Source: Mytilus californianus
Taxonomy: Eukaryota
Assembly: GCF_021869535.1 (NCBI RefSeq)
Contig: NW_026262723.1
Coordinates: 92,814,001 to 92,878,000, forward strand
Reading direction: 5' to 3'
DNA: 64,000 nt
This document shows, piece by piece, positions 1 to 13,500 of this stretch. Position 1 is the first letter of the stretch, and each line of letters opens with the position of its first letter. The position numbers were made by a program, and so were the translations under genes. The notes under the pieces are model-generated. The model was not told the origin of the DNA, did not search any database, and saw nothing but the letters and a program-made list of their open reading frames with translations.

Positions 1-3000
1 AGTCCTAGATTGTTTTGACATCTGACTGTCTTTTTTAGGACTTGCTAGGGTGTAAGGCACACACACATCAGTCCCAAAATAGGCTGCCAGAGCAATTTCG
101 GGACTACATGGAGCCATGATGCTGCATTTCTACAATAAGCCTATAAGCATGATAAGTTATAACATCATAAAGATAAACACAAATGAGCAAATCTATTTAT
201 AATTTCTGATATGTAATTTTGAATAAATACCAACTAAGATCATATAAACCCTCATGACAAGTACCATTTGGTATGAGTAATTAAAAAAATGTAGGTCGAT
301 AAAAATGATATGAATGTCAAGATTTGATTTTCGCAAGATCAATATAGCAGATTGTAAGATAGTATGAGAAGGATTTAAATTATGTCTAAAATCAATGTTA
401 AAAGTCTTAGTCCAAAACCTTTATTGGTAATAAAATCAAACTAAGTTCAATGATATTACTAATGACTTAAGATTTAACCCAGTCTTATATTGTTTACAAC
501 TTTATCATCGGTATTGAGAAAACACCTGAATCAGGCCGAAGTTTATGCAAAATCTATATTTACATTTCTTCTAGGTCCTTTTAATAAAAGTTATAATTTG
601 TCAATTATGTCATTCTTGAACTTGATATTAAATTTGAAACCAGTTCTAATATAAATCAGTAGGTTTGATGAAGGAAATTTTGAAACTTTTTTTCATTATA
701 ATTATATACAATAAAATTGAAAAGCTTTAATGTTGAAATTCTTAAAGGAACATAAACTTATATTTAAGCATTAGTTCAACTAGCTCTTTTTATTTTATTT
801 TGTAAAATTATATTTTATTTTAATTTCACTGCATTTTCACCTTCAAATTCTTCAATAAACTGTGATTTGTGAGAATATTTGTAGACATTTGAATGTATAA
901 TATCATTTTAAGCATTACAGTTCTGTTTTTTGTAAGGTCAGCCATTCTGTTTGCCATATTTTACCTTCCATTCTCTAGGCAGTATTTGACCAATACTTGA
1001 CATGTTTTAGAAGGATAAATGTTGATTTATCCTTGTAGGTAGCTAACGATTTCTTGAGGAAATCTAATTACATGTTCTTTGGTCCAGATTTGTGATAACT
1101 AGTGAAATAGAATGTCATGCTTCAAAGGTTTCAGTCAGCCTTTAGTCGAGGGAATTCCTGTTTTTAAATCTTTAGTCTACTTTTCTGAGAATGTGATGAA
1201 AGCAGCAGTATTGCTACAATGAATTCGGTCAGACCTGAGGGATAATGACTTTAACAAGGATGCAAAATTATTCTATTTTATTGTATGGCTTATAATAGAG
1301 ACTAGTTTAGATTAATGAGTAAGGATCAGGGATGACAACAAGTCTATATTTTGTCCAATTTTTGTCAAAATATTTCAGTATTGGCATATTAATTTAAACA
1401 ATATTTTATTCAGTGAATCAAATCATGCAATACAAGATCATACACTACTAACAAATAGGATCCAGAAACAAGCAACATTGTTTACCTTAATCTGTTTCCA
1501 AAAAATAGAGGACATGCAAAATTATGAATACTTCTTGATGCACGCTCTGTTAAAATTGAATATATTGAAGAAAAAAAGTTTGATTATATTGTAAATTGAG
1601 AGAAAAGAAGAATTTAACATTTTTGCTCCAAATAGTAGCAGAGTACCACGATATACACTATAAAAATAACCCATAAGTTTTTTTAGCCACTTGTATTTGT
1701 ATAGTAAAATGGACGATTGCAGGATTTACTGAAATTTTGATTGTTTAGAGTATGAACACCCACATGTCTACATGAATAGTCTTGCCAAAAAAAATCATTT
1801 ATTAAGATATTTTGTGAGGCAACTGTGGAGTAGGACTAATATAAATAAAAATAGATTTGTGTTATATATAGTTGTATATAGTTTTGTAATAATTATCTCC
1901 AATGACCGAATACTCTATCTTTATAAGGTAGACAATTTGAATGATGTTATTAAACCAAATTTAAGTAATTTGAAGCTATTTTTTTTAGTTATCTGGTCAT
2001 ATTTCTCTTTTTTTACCATCTTTTAACAACAAATCTGTAAGTAATACCAATGAATATAGATGAGAAAGAATGCAAACCTTAACCTTTAAAAATAAAAATA
2101 AATAATTGTTTTCAAAGTATGTGACAAATATATAAAATAAAAATAAAATAAAATAAAATATAATTGTTTACAAATATATTATACACCTCCAAATATTTCT
2201 GATATTGGATTATGGTTTTTTGTCCTGTTACCTAAATCTACATATAGCTCAATTACACAGCAATCCAATGACACAAAATAAACAAAACAATCTAGATAAA
2301 ATTGAGAATGGAAATGGGGAATGTGTCGAAGAGACAACAACTCGACCAAAGAGCAGAAAACAGCCCAAGGTCACCAATGGGTCTTCAACACAGCCAGAAA
2401 ATTCTGCATCTGGAGGCAGGCTTCAGCTGTCTTCACACAGTATTCAACAAGTGTCTATACAGTATGCAAAGATCTTAATTCGAGTCTTAGAAAAATTGTG
2501 AATAAGTTTTTCAGAGAATATAAATAATTTCCTATCGGACAACAAGCATTAAGATATATTAAATAACTAAAGACATTACCACTAACTCTAGGTTCTTTCA
2601 CAAAACCTCTTACAACACAAATGTATTGTAAGTTATACTGAAGTGTTCATGACTTACAAGATTTTTTTTTTCGTAGTATTTTTTCAAATGAGTCGCTGAC
2701 ATGAGGTTAAACTATTTTTTTCTAGGTCTCAACCCATTATTAAAAAGACCTGAATTTAGTGCATATCTTAGTTAGTTACAAGACAAACATGTTGATAACT
2801 TTTCCATGACAGATTTATTTAGTAAGTCTATACCTTGTACATTGTAAATTTTCATCTAAATCCATTCAGATTAGATAAGTCAGAAATAATCTTGTGTTGG
2901 CTGTTTTTTTTAATATCATTTATAAAAATGATTAATTAATTGTAAATAGTAGGTTCCATGAAATGTAACTTCCTGTTTCTTTTTCAAAGATCCAATTGTC

Positions 3001-3578
3001 AGAATCTATTGGAGAAATTTGAACCAAAGTTAAAGTTGACTTGAGTCATACTAAGGGGTTCTACCTAAGATTTCTGTCTAATGATCATTGTTAGCTGAAT
3101 AATATTTTCATGTTGAAATGAAATAAAAATCAAGAAAGTGGAAACAGGCAAAATATTGTTTTAATGTCTACTCCTGTTTGTTATGATATTATTTTTTTTT
3201 ATAAGTAACTACTGATGGTATATATTAGTAAAAGGAAATTTTGTTTATAATAATAATAATAATAAATTCTTTATTTAAAGAGGGTAAACTCAGTTAGTTA
3301 CAATAAACTAATCTTCCCTGAGGCCCTCACATACAAATTACAATACAATAAAAAAACAGATATTTACACATAGTTAATTTACAGTCAATTAGTTCAATGT
3401 AATATTACTAACATGATAAGATATAAGGCTGTTCAAGATGTACATGTAGTCAAAAAATCAAATACAAATATAAATAATGAATATACAAATACATTGCAGA
3501 AAACATAATCTTATCAGGACTGTGTTAAGTACTTCTTGATACTTTGTTTAAAAGTATAAGTGTTTTGAGCTTTACGCA

Positions 3579-4200
3579 TACTGTAAATTCAGATTTTGCT
3601 GATGTTTTTATGAGTGCTAAAGAAAAGCGATGGTATAGGTGTCACAAAAGATTCAACTCACATTTTAATTTTTATATCATCACTTGTATGCAGTATTTTG
3701 TGAAAGTGCGATAATTAATGCATGCAAAAATTTCTGAATTTACAGTATATGCCAATGAGACAACAACCAAACATTTTTACATGAGTTTACTGTACTGTAA
3801 ATTCAGATTTTGCTGATGTTTTTATGAGTGCTAAAGAAAAGCGATGGTATAGGTGTCACAAAAGATTCAACTCACATTTTAATTTTTATATCATCACTTG
3901 TATGCAGTATTTTGTGAAAGTGCGATAATTAATGCATGCAAAAATTTCTGAATTTACAGTATATGCCAATGAGACAACAACCAAACATTTTTACATGAGT
4001 TTACTGTACTGTAAATTCAGATTTTGCTGATGTTTTTATGAGTGCTAAAGAAAAGCGATGGTATAGGTGTCACAAAAGATTCAACTCACATTTTAATTTT
4101 TATATCATCACTTGTATGCAGTATTTTGTGAAAGTGCGATAATTAATGCATGCAAAAATTTCTGAATTTACAGTATATGCCAATGAGACAACAACCAAAC
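3579..4200. repeat. 214-bp unit x about 3, each containing a MITE-like element with TACTGTAAATTCAGA terminal inverted repeats
   Basis: starts at 3579, 3793, 4007; tactgtaaattcaga...tctgaatttacagta; copies look identical. Confidence 0.9.
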
Positions 4201-4465
4201 ATCACACAAAACTAAAGCCATCTAGTACCGGTAGTCAAGATACTGTATTCAACAATAGATAAGGGGAAGTATTTAGGGTAAAGTATAGGCTAATGCCTTC
4301 ATCATAAAGAATTGTAAAGAGGAGGGATTAGGTCTTCTTGGAGCTTTTTGTTGTATTTAGTTTTAAATATTGTATTTTTTCATTTATCTTAGTGATAATT
4401 ACATGTTGTATATAATTTTTATTGGGGCCAATAATATATTTTAATGTTTCTATTCTATTTTTCAG

Positions 4466-4537
4466 TGATCTGAGTGATAATAATATAACTTCTATTGGTG
4501 CCAATGATTTATCATTTTTGACGAACCTGGAGGAATT
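4466..4537 (+). CDS. PKD1: exon 1 in window, LRR (DLSDNNITSIGANDLSFLTNLEE)
   Basis: ttttcag/gtaagt, 72 nt, phase 2-2, LxxNxI LRR motif. Confidence 0.9.
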
Positions 4538-7500
4538 GTAAGTACTCTGACATATACTTTTCTTGTTAGAAAATGCTGATATGGAGCTACAGTGTCATTT
4601 ACAGGCATACACACTAACACACACAACATGAAAATCCAACTAAGGATTATTTCAATGTTTCATAGAACAAAACAAATTTGAATAAAAAGTGGTAAATGAT
4701 CACACTAATAACCAATAAACATCTAGAGGTCAACGTCTGCATTAATGACAATCACCTCAAATCTAAAAAGTCAGGAATAAATAAAACAAGCTGTTAACAT
4801 GATCAAAGATCTGTAATGAACACCAAATTCTCCAAATAACCAAAAATATTTGGATTTAACAGGAGAAAACCCACTGACTGCTGGATTTTGCATTGTATGA
4901 ACCAGCTATCATTGAAAGTGATTTTAAATGATTTGTTTCATATAATATTACCTCATTTAAGTCAAACGTAAATAGATAAAAAAGAAACGCATAGCAAAAA
5001 TTTTGTAGCTTATAGATTTTAACTTCTATGTCATTTGGTCTCTGGTGGAGAGGAGTTGTCTCATTTGGGTGCTGTTTCAGGAGTTGGCGGCAGTGGCATC
5101 AGCAGTGTATTAGTTTGGGATTAGGTCAGTTTATGGGGATCCACTAGTGGTGGGTCAATGATATTTGGTATGCAGTTTTATTAGCATTGGCACATCTCAT
5201 TTCCATGGAGATTACTTGACATATCTCTGTGTCAACAGTTTATTTGCATTAATAATCTACCGTTCTGTTCACTAAAGACTAAAAATGAGTATATCAAGAA
5301 GTTAACTCTGGTCTCTAGTGGATCTCATTGGCAATCATACCAAATACTTTTAAAATTTTTTATATTACACGATATCATCTCTGAGATTGTGTGCAGTAAT
5401 TGAAAGCAAGTATTAAGCAGTTTATAAGGCATGATAAAATTATGCCTTCGTTTTTGTAATATCATCTGCTGTTCTTTTAAATAGATGTTATATTTCATAA
5501 ACTATGTAGAAAAATAACCCAGATCATTTGAAAAGTCCATAGTCATTTTTTTCTTAAAATTCAAATATGGAAACAAACAAAAATATTTGTTTTGCAGCTG
5601 TATGGATGAGTGAATTAAATCAAGCATTCTAATATCAGCCACTGGACTCCCAAATATATTAGGAGCAGCATAATAGTATAAAAGGTTATGATGACATGTA
5701 ACATTTTTGTGTATTTCAGATACCTACAGGGGAATAATATAAACAGTATTCATTCAAATGCTTTTCATGATACTAGTGATTTGATAACTATGTAAGTATA
5801 GACGTATAACAGACTGGCTTAATAGTTCATTATGTTTTATTCACAGCTTTATCATTGATGGATCCCTCTAAATATTACTGATGAGTTTGATTCTACAAAC
5901 CTAACAAACACTCCCAATGTCATTGGTTTGTCTGATTCACATTTAGAGTTTGATTCTGTGGTAGAAAATATATTGAATTGTCACATTAGTTTCTGCAGTT
6001 TAACCTTACTTCTATTTTGTCAGAAACATATAAAAGCAAGCACATGTCATGTAACACCGGTGCATTATAAGTAGAACACACAGGTGAGTAAAATAGGTGT
6101 ACATAAAAAATTAGATCATTGATTAGGTTATGGTTAAGAGTTTACTAGGCTGTTGCACATTTTGTATGTAGTGAAGCTGTGACAAATGCATGACATACAC
6201 AGAAATTAAATGTTTTCAGTTGCTCTGTGGGTAACTTCAGTATTAATCAATATTCATCTAATTCAAATACAAATTCAGAGAAGAAAATCTGCACATTTTA
6301 TAGGTGAACAATTGCATGTTGATAGTATTTTCTCATTTTTCTCAGATCATATAGATTTGTACAATAATTACCTATATTTGGTAAAATCACATGACTGATT
6401 TGTTACATGTTAACTTACATATTGCATAAATAACATTTTATAATTCATGAACATCTTATTTTGTACCAATTTCTTAAATATTTTGTTTTAGCAACGGTGG
6501 CAGTTATAAATAAAGTGCCTTAAGCATTATTCCAGAATCAAATATATGATTAATAAAATAATTAAATACGAATATATACATAAAACTAGAAACATAATGG
6601 CTAAAATACCCAAAGCATGAAACAATATAAGAATCGTTTACAAAGATGTGGGTAAACATTAACAAGACAGCAACCAAAAGACAAAGATAACAAAGACATC
6701 TATAGAGCAATTTACAAGTCTTCATCAATAGACAGGTGTCTAAAAATGTCAAGATCTAGATCGTACAGAGTCTATACAAGTTATGAATGAATTTAACAGA
6801 AACAATCAAAGGTCTGCCATCAACACCCAATTCTCCAAGTAATGGAAAACATAAGGATCTGACATTCAACAACTTCTGCAGTGGTCCCTGACTAGGGACA
6901 CAGGCACATGAAAGTGTGGCGGGTTTATCTAGTTTGTTGAGATTTCACCCTCTTATCAGTTTCTTATAACCTTCATACACCTCATATAAAAAACTAAAAT
7001 AATGCTCTACTGGTTTAAAGAATGTAAAGATTATGGTATAAGTGAATGGGGCATATGAAGTTTCCTTTATCCATCCTTGTATGTATTCTTGGAAATGTAA
7101 CAGGTGAATAGACTTATGTTTTTGCCTTGCCTGTGAAGATGTTCAACTAGGTCACCAGACATATCTCTGTGTCATTCTTTTTCTTGTAGTTATTGATAAA
7201 TAATGAGACAAATATCCTTAGAAGAATTTTAGATTTTAGTTTTCTAGGATTAAGTTTGATTTAATATATGATTACTGTGTAAATGGATTTAAGGTCTACT
7301 TGATTTTTACGAGGACAAAATGATCAAGCAGGTAGACTATTTGAGTTTTAATCACTTGTTTTCCACAGAAACTTGTCAGATAATCCTATTGCAACCCTTG
7401 AAGATGATTTGTTTAAAAAGACCAAGAAATTCGAAACAGTGTAAGTCTTCATTTGGTTTATTTCTGGTATTAACTTTATACAATTTTATTTTCTTGTCAA

Positions 7501-10500
7501 TTTTATCTTGTATTAAAACTGGCTTTCTATGTACATGTAAATAACTTCTTTTTCAGAAGTAGGGCCATGTTACAAAAAATCAATAATAAATCTAGGTCAT
7601 GTGTTTGGAACATGCCACACTCTTTGCACCTAGAAGAATCAGAACTTTTCAGACAGGGATTTCTAGGTGGCCTATTTTAAAGGAAAACCCCTGACCCTAT
7701 CCAGTATACCTTTGTTTTTGATTTGCTGTCTATACTATGCACCCTTCTCTTAGTTGACACACTTTTAAGATCTAACCTATTGATACAATTTTAACCTTTT
7801 TCTTTATGTGCCTTTATATTTTCTAGTGGACATTAAGCAACAATAATCAATCAAGTAATAAAAAAATGCATGGATATCATGGAATCATAAATTGTTTTTT
7901 CTAGGATACTAGATGACATTAAACATATTAGCTTTATAGCCTTATTTCACTATTATGTTCAATCTGATTAAAAAACAGATCCTATGTTCAAGCTTTGTTT
8001 ACAAGGATCTAACAACACTCCATTTCTCTTTCTGTTTTAAAGAACTTTTCGGGATCCTCTAGTTTTGTCGTAATGATACACACCTTCCATAATTTGGAGG
8101 CTGAAATTTCATTGGCTGATTTAACAATCACCAGAACAGAAAGTAGAATGGAATGTTGTCAGATCCTTGTAAGCGAAGCGTGGACACAGGATCTGTATTT
8201 TAATAAGATTAATTGTATTATGCTACCAGTTGAGATTAGAAAAATTTAACTCAAATTATTGTTTTATTTTAGATTTATCTGAATTATATTTTTTACCCCT
8301 CTTTATCTTAGTAGTAAATCATTTAACAGCATAAGTAACCATCTTCAGATCAAAAAATATCTCATTTTGTTTGTCACAGTTATATAAAATGAACAAAAAA
8401 TTAAAGATTGATAATGGCCCTTCATTGACATGCTTCATATTGATATACATTTGTCTGTAAAATTAACAATATATACAAAACTGCTTTGATTAGTTTTAAC
8501 ACAGTGTATAGACTGATGGAAAAAGCAAGTTCTGCATTGATTTTAATGTTGTCTGAATTGTCATTTTGAATTATAGATGAATTTAAATATAAAATAAGTG
8601 ATGGTTATTTATCCCTTCAAAACAGTTTCAATGCAAAACACTAAATTATTGTCGTGTCCTATCAATTAATTTGGATGCATAGTTGCATGGGTGTTTTATA
8701 ATAACAAAACCAAACTGATGAAACACTAGATAAGTGTCTGGTCCTATTAGGCAATATGAGATGCAGAATGGATGTTTTATAATAACCAAATTTAATTGCT
8801 GAAACTCTAAATTAGTGTGGGGTCCTATCAGGCAATATGTGATGCATAGATCATAGGTGTTTTATAATTACAAAAATTCAAATTCAACCAATTAGGTTAA
8901 CATCCTGTTTCATTTTGATTATTTACAATTTTTTGTTCCAGAGTCAAGCCACTTAAATCATCTTATATTTCATAAAATTAATGGCAAAGGATGTAGCATG
9001 CACTGATTATTTAATGTAGATAGAGATTTTTTCTAGTGTTTTTATTTAGATCAACTAATGCTTAATTTGTGAAAAGTTCACACACTATTAAAGTTTTATC
9101 AGTAGTCATAATAAGGTATATAGAAAAAGTTTAATTGGTTTCTTATGTGTACTTAATAAACATCTTCAAATAAGGTTGTTCATAGTCTGTAGCTAATCAT
9201 TAAAATAATGTAACATTTATATCAATCTGTATGTTGTATTTTACTTTGCTTTTTTCACTAATCTGTAAAGTGACTAGTTCAAGTCTATATCATTTCAAGA
9301 GGCTTTATTGTTGCACCTAACATAGCAGATGTTAATATTTGTTAACTGTAAATATACTAATAGTGTTCTTTATTTTGATTAAGTGTTACTGGTATAAAGT
9401 ATTAATCCTAACTGGAATTTTGATGAAGTAAATTATTGGACAACTTACATAGGTATTTTATACTAATCTTACAATGTAAAATTGAAGTCTTCTCTTTCAT
9501 ACTATTTCCCAAAAAGGGTCCCTTCCCCGTCCTATGTGGTTGGGAATAGATTTTTGATCATAAGATTGATTTTCCATGTTTTTTTTTTATTTTCAGAAAC
9601 CTTAGCCATACACAGTTATCAACACTTCCAGATGATCTTTTTCAAGATGTTAAATGCTTGAAAAATTTGTAAGTAGTTTGTGTGGATTGAAGTATTACAA
9701 CTGTCTTAACTGTATACTGTGGATTCACTTATTTACGTGGATACCAATTTTCGGGAATATTTGATTTTTTGGTTTTGCAAAATTCTGCATACAAATCTGT
9801 ACTTTGTTGAACATTTTAATTTGTGGTTCACCTGATCCCACAAAATCCACCAAAAATTGGTATACTGTCAATAATATTGAATCCACAGTAGTGGAATCAT
9901 TTGTGTGAGAAGTCAAGTCAGTATGTTGCTTTTTCGATTAAATATATAAGCTTTCTTTGGTGCATAGTTTATTGAAGATTAGTTTTCTTTATCCATTTTA
10001 AAATAAGTTGTCTCAGGATTAGCAAAATTTATGCCGTTTGGTAAATGTAAATTTCTTTATTGAGCTAGCATTTAGAAAATGTTAACTTTAATATATAAAT
10101 GAATAGACATATAGGGGATGAGACAGCAACCAAGTATCTCATGGCAACCACAATTAATAGTTGTCACCAAATGGTCAAATGATCATGAAAATATCATTCA
10201 TAGAAAGCATGTCAGTTTAATAAAAAAATGGTCTTCAACACTTCCAAGTATTTATGTTTGATATTACAAAACTATGGTCTTTTAAAACACTTCCAAGTAG
10301 TCATGTTTGCTTTTACAAAACTATGGTCTTTAACACTTCCAAGTAGTCATGTTTGCTATTACAAAACTATGGTCTTTTAAAACACTTCCAAGTAGTCATG
10401 TTTGCTATTACAAAACTATGGTCTTTTAAAACACTTCCAAGTAGTCATGTTTGCTATTACAAAACTATGGTCTTTTAAAACACTTCCAAGTAGTCATGTT

Positions 10501-13500
10501 TGCTATTACAAAACTATGGTCTTTAACACTTCTAAGTAGTCATGTTTGCTATTACAAAACTATGGTCTTTTAAAACACTTCCAAATAGTCATGTTTGCTA
10601 TTACAAAACTATGGTCTTTAACACTTCCAAGAATTCATTTTTGCTATTACAAAACTATGGTCTTCAACACTTCCAAGAATTCATGTTTGCTATTACAAAA
10701 CTATGGTCTTCAACACTTCCAAGAATTCATGTTTGCTATTACAAAACTTTGGTCTTCAACACTTCCAAGAACTCATTTTTGCTATTACAAAACTATGGTC
10801 TTCAACACTTCCAAGAATTCATTTTTGCTATTACAAAACTATGGTCTTCAACACTTCCAAGAATTCATGTTTGCTATTACAAAACTATGGTCTTTAACAC
10901 TTCCAAGTAGTCATGTTTGCTATTACAAAACTATGGTCTTTAACACTTCTAAGTAGTCATGTTTGCTATTACAAAACTATGGTCTTTTAAAACACTTCCA
11001 AATAGTCATGTTTGCTATTACAAAACTATGGTCTTTAACACTTCCAAGAATTCATTTTTGCTATTACAAAACTATGGTCTTCAACACTTCCAAGAATTCA
11101 TGTTTGCTATTACAAAACTATGGTCTTCAACACTTCCAAGAATTCATGTTTGCTATTACAAAACTATGGTCTTCAACACTTCCAAGAACTCATGTTTGCT
11201 ATTACAAAACTATGGTCTTCAACACTTCCAAGAATTCATGTTTGCTATTACAAAACTATGGTCTTCAACACTTCCAAGAATTCATGTTTGCTATTACAAA
11301 TTTTTATCAGATGTACCTTGTTGATATGGTTTTTTTCAACTATGGGTAAAATTCATAGGACATGAACCTGTAGATTTATCTTAATTCCTTCTGTCTTCAC
11401 TTTAACAATTATGTGTTAATTCCTTCTGTCTTCACTTTAACAATTATGTGTTAATTCCTTCTGTCTTCACTTTAACAATTATGTGTTAATTCCTTCATTT
11501 AACACATAAGGGTTTATATCAAATTGTCTAGTCAAAAACAAATTAATTCTTTTTCAGGGATTTAAGCTGGAACAATTTTAGTATTGTTATAGATGTATTC
11601 AAAACTTTAAGATGTTTAGAAGTAGTGTAAGTATAATTATCATATAACAATATACCTTTTTTCATCAACAGAGGTTGTCTCCCATTAGCAAGTTATCTGC
11701 CATTCATAGCAGTGTACAGTAAGATGCATATTAAATAACATTTTATTCAAAGTAATAGATAGTTTCATCAAATGCAAATACAAATACTTTTTTTAATAAT
11801 CATGTCAACTTTTATAAGTACACAAAATCATGCTACTGATCAATTACTTGTTATACATGAAGCAGCTCTTGCAAATGGGAGGTAACTTACATGAAATGAA
11901 AAAAGTAAATATATTTGAAAATTTTATTCACAGTGAAACCTGTAGTAGATACACTTGGTTTGCAACATAGTATGTTGTTAATGTATTTCATAGAGCTTTT
12001 TATTATCATTCAAATCTTAAGTATGAAGTTAGTGGCATTATGAGCACGCAAGCACAGAAAATATATGTTGCCTAATTTTAAGTAGAACAAATTGTAGAAA
12101 ATGTTTTTAACAAAGGATTAAAGCTTTTTAAGTTAACATAAGAATTTAAACATGATTTCAAAAAGAAGTTTCAATTTACATTCAATGGTAGCAAAGCATG
12201 CTGTTATTAATATTTTTGAATCAATCTAAAATTTTGTGTCATTGTTAAATTTGTTTTTTCATTTTATTAATTCAAATTTCTATTTTTATTGGTACTGTTG
12301 AATTATTGCTTGAATATTGGTGAATTTTGTTCCCAGTAGACTTTAATATTGCACAAGCTTGCAAGTGCAATATATATTTATGAGGGATACTATTCAACAA
12401 TGTTCAGGCAATAACCCTTTTATTGTAGAGCTTAAAAACTGTTTTAAACAAATTTTTGTCACTGATGATGTGACTAATTTGAAGTTTTATTTGCACTATT
12501 GCAATAGGCTATATTATTGTGTGGTATATGGTATAATATGTAAAAGCCTTTTGAATAAGGATCTGTTTATTATACAAATACATATTGTTTTCACAGTAAG
12601 CTCAGAGGAAATGCTTTTGCAACTGTTGGATCTATTCAATTAGATTTTAATGAGTTGAAAAATTTGGTTGAGTTGTAAGTAAACTGATAAAATTGTTCTA
12701 TGTAGAAATTATCTGACTAAAACAGGTGGTAGTTTTTATTTTTTTCACTTCTCTCCTTTAATTTCCCTTAATCTTGATCTTAATTCTTACTATATTTAGT
12801 CTAAGTTCTTTAGCCATTTCATTATTTTCTTAAGAGCAATAAGTGCACAGTAAAATTAATCTACATAGTATTACTGTTAACTTTATGGCATGAATTTTTA
12901 TATTAGTAGACATTTTTATTTATATTACTTTTTAGAAAGACATTTTCAGTCACAATTTATTTCATTTTAATTAAGCCTTTGACCTATGGGCAAAGTTATG
13001 ATTCAAGTAGGCTTTTGTTTTGGATTAAGGACTTGATTTTATTTTTGCTTATACCTTTCAGCTTCGTGTTTTTAGTTGACAGAAAGTAGATTGACTTACA
13101 TCTCTATCTTTTCACTTATTTTGCCTCTATTTTATAAAAAATCCCTTGGAGCGGATACTTATATGTGAAACAGTTATTAACTAACATATTTCTTATAAAA
13201 TGGTGTATAATATATATATACATAAGGTGTTGGTTATGTTCATTTTTATAAGAAGGAAACAAACCTGTTGTTCATAATCAGTCATTTTTCAGTAGTAAAT
13301 TAGAACATTTCATTGTATTATCGCATAGATATATAGATTCCACCACTGCAACAAGTGTGTAACGATATTTCTCCACTCAAGAAAGTTAAATTTTAATATT
13401 TAAAGCGCGAGGCTTGCCGAGCTTTTTAAATAATTAAAATTTATCTGTTGAGAGTGGAGAAATATCGTAATACACGAGTTATAGTGGTGGAATCTGTTTC

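Noticed and set aside
2205-2527. 98- and 68-aa ORFs
   Set aside because: No domain signal or splice context. The core (gaatggaaatggggaatgtgtc...gagacaacaac) resembles a dispersed mussel repeat from recall, not verified.
1-4465. Search for signal peptide, LRRNT or promoter of the PKD1-like gene
   Set aside because: No convincing exon or start found; the 5' end is probably upstream of the window.
10228-11365. Overlapping ORFs in the 46/49-bp array; possible CRISPR-like array
   Set aside because: Translations are just the repeat unit. There are no unique spacers and no cas genes, and the context is a eukaryotic intron.
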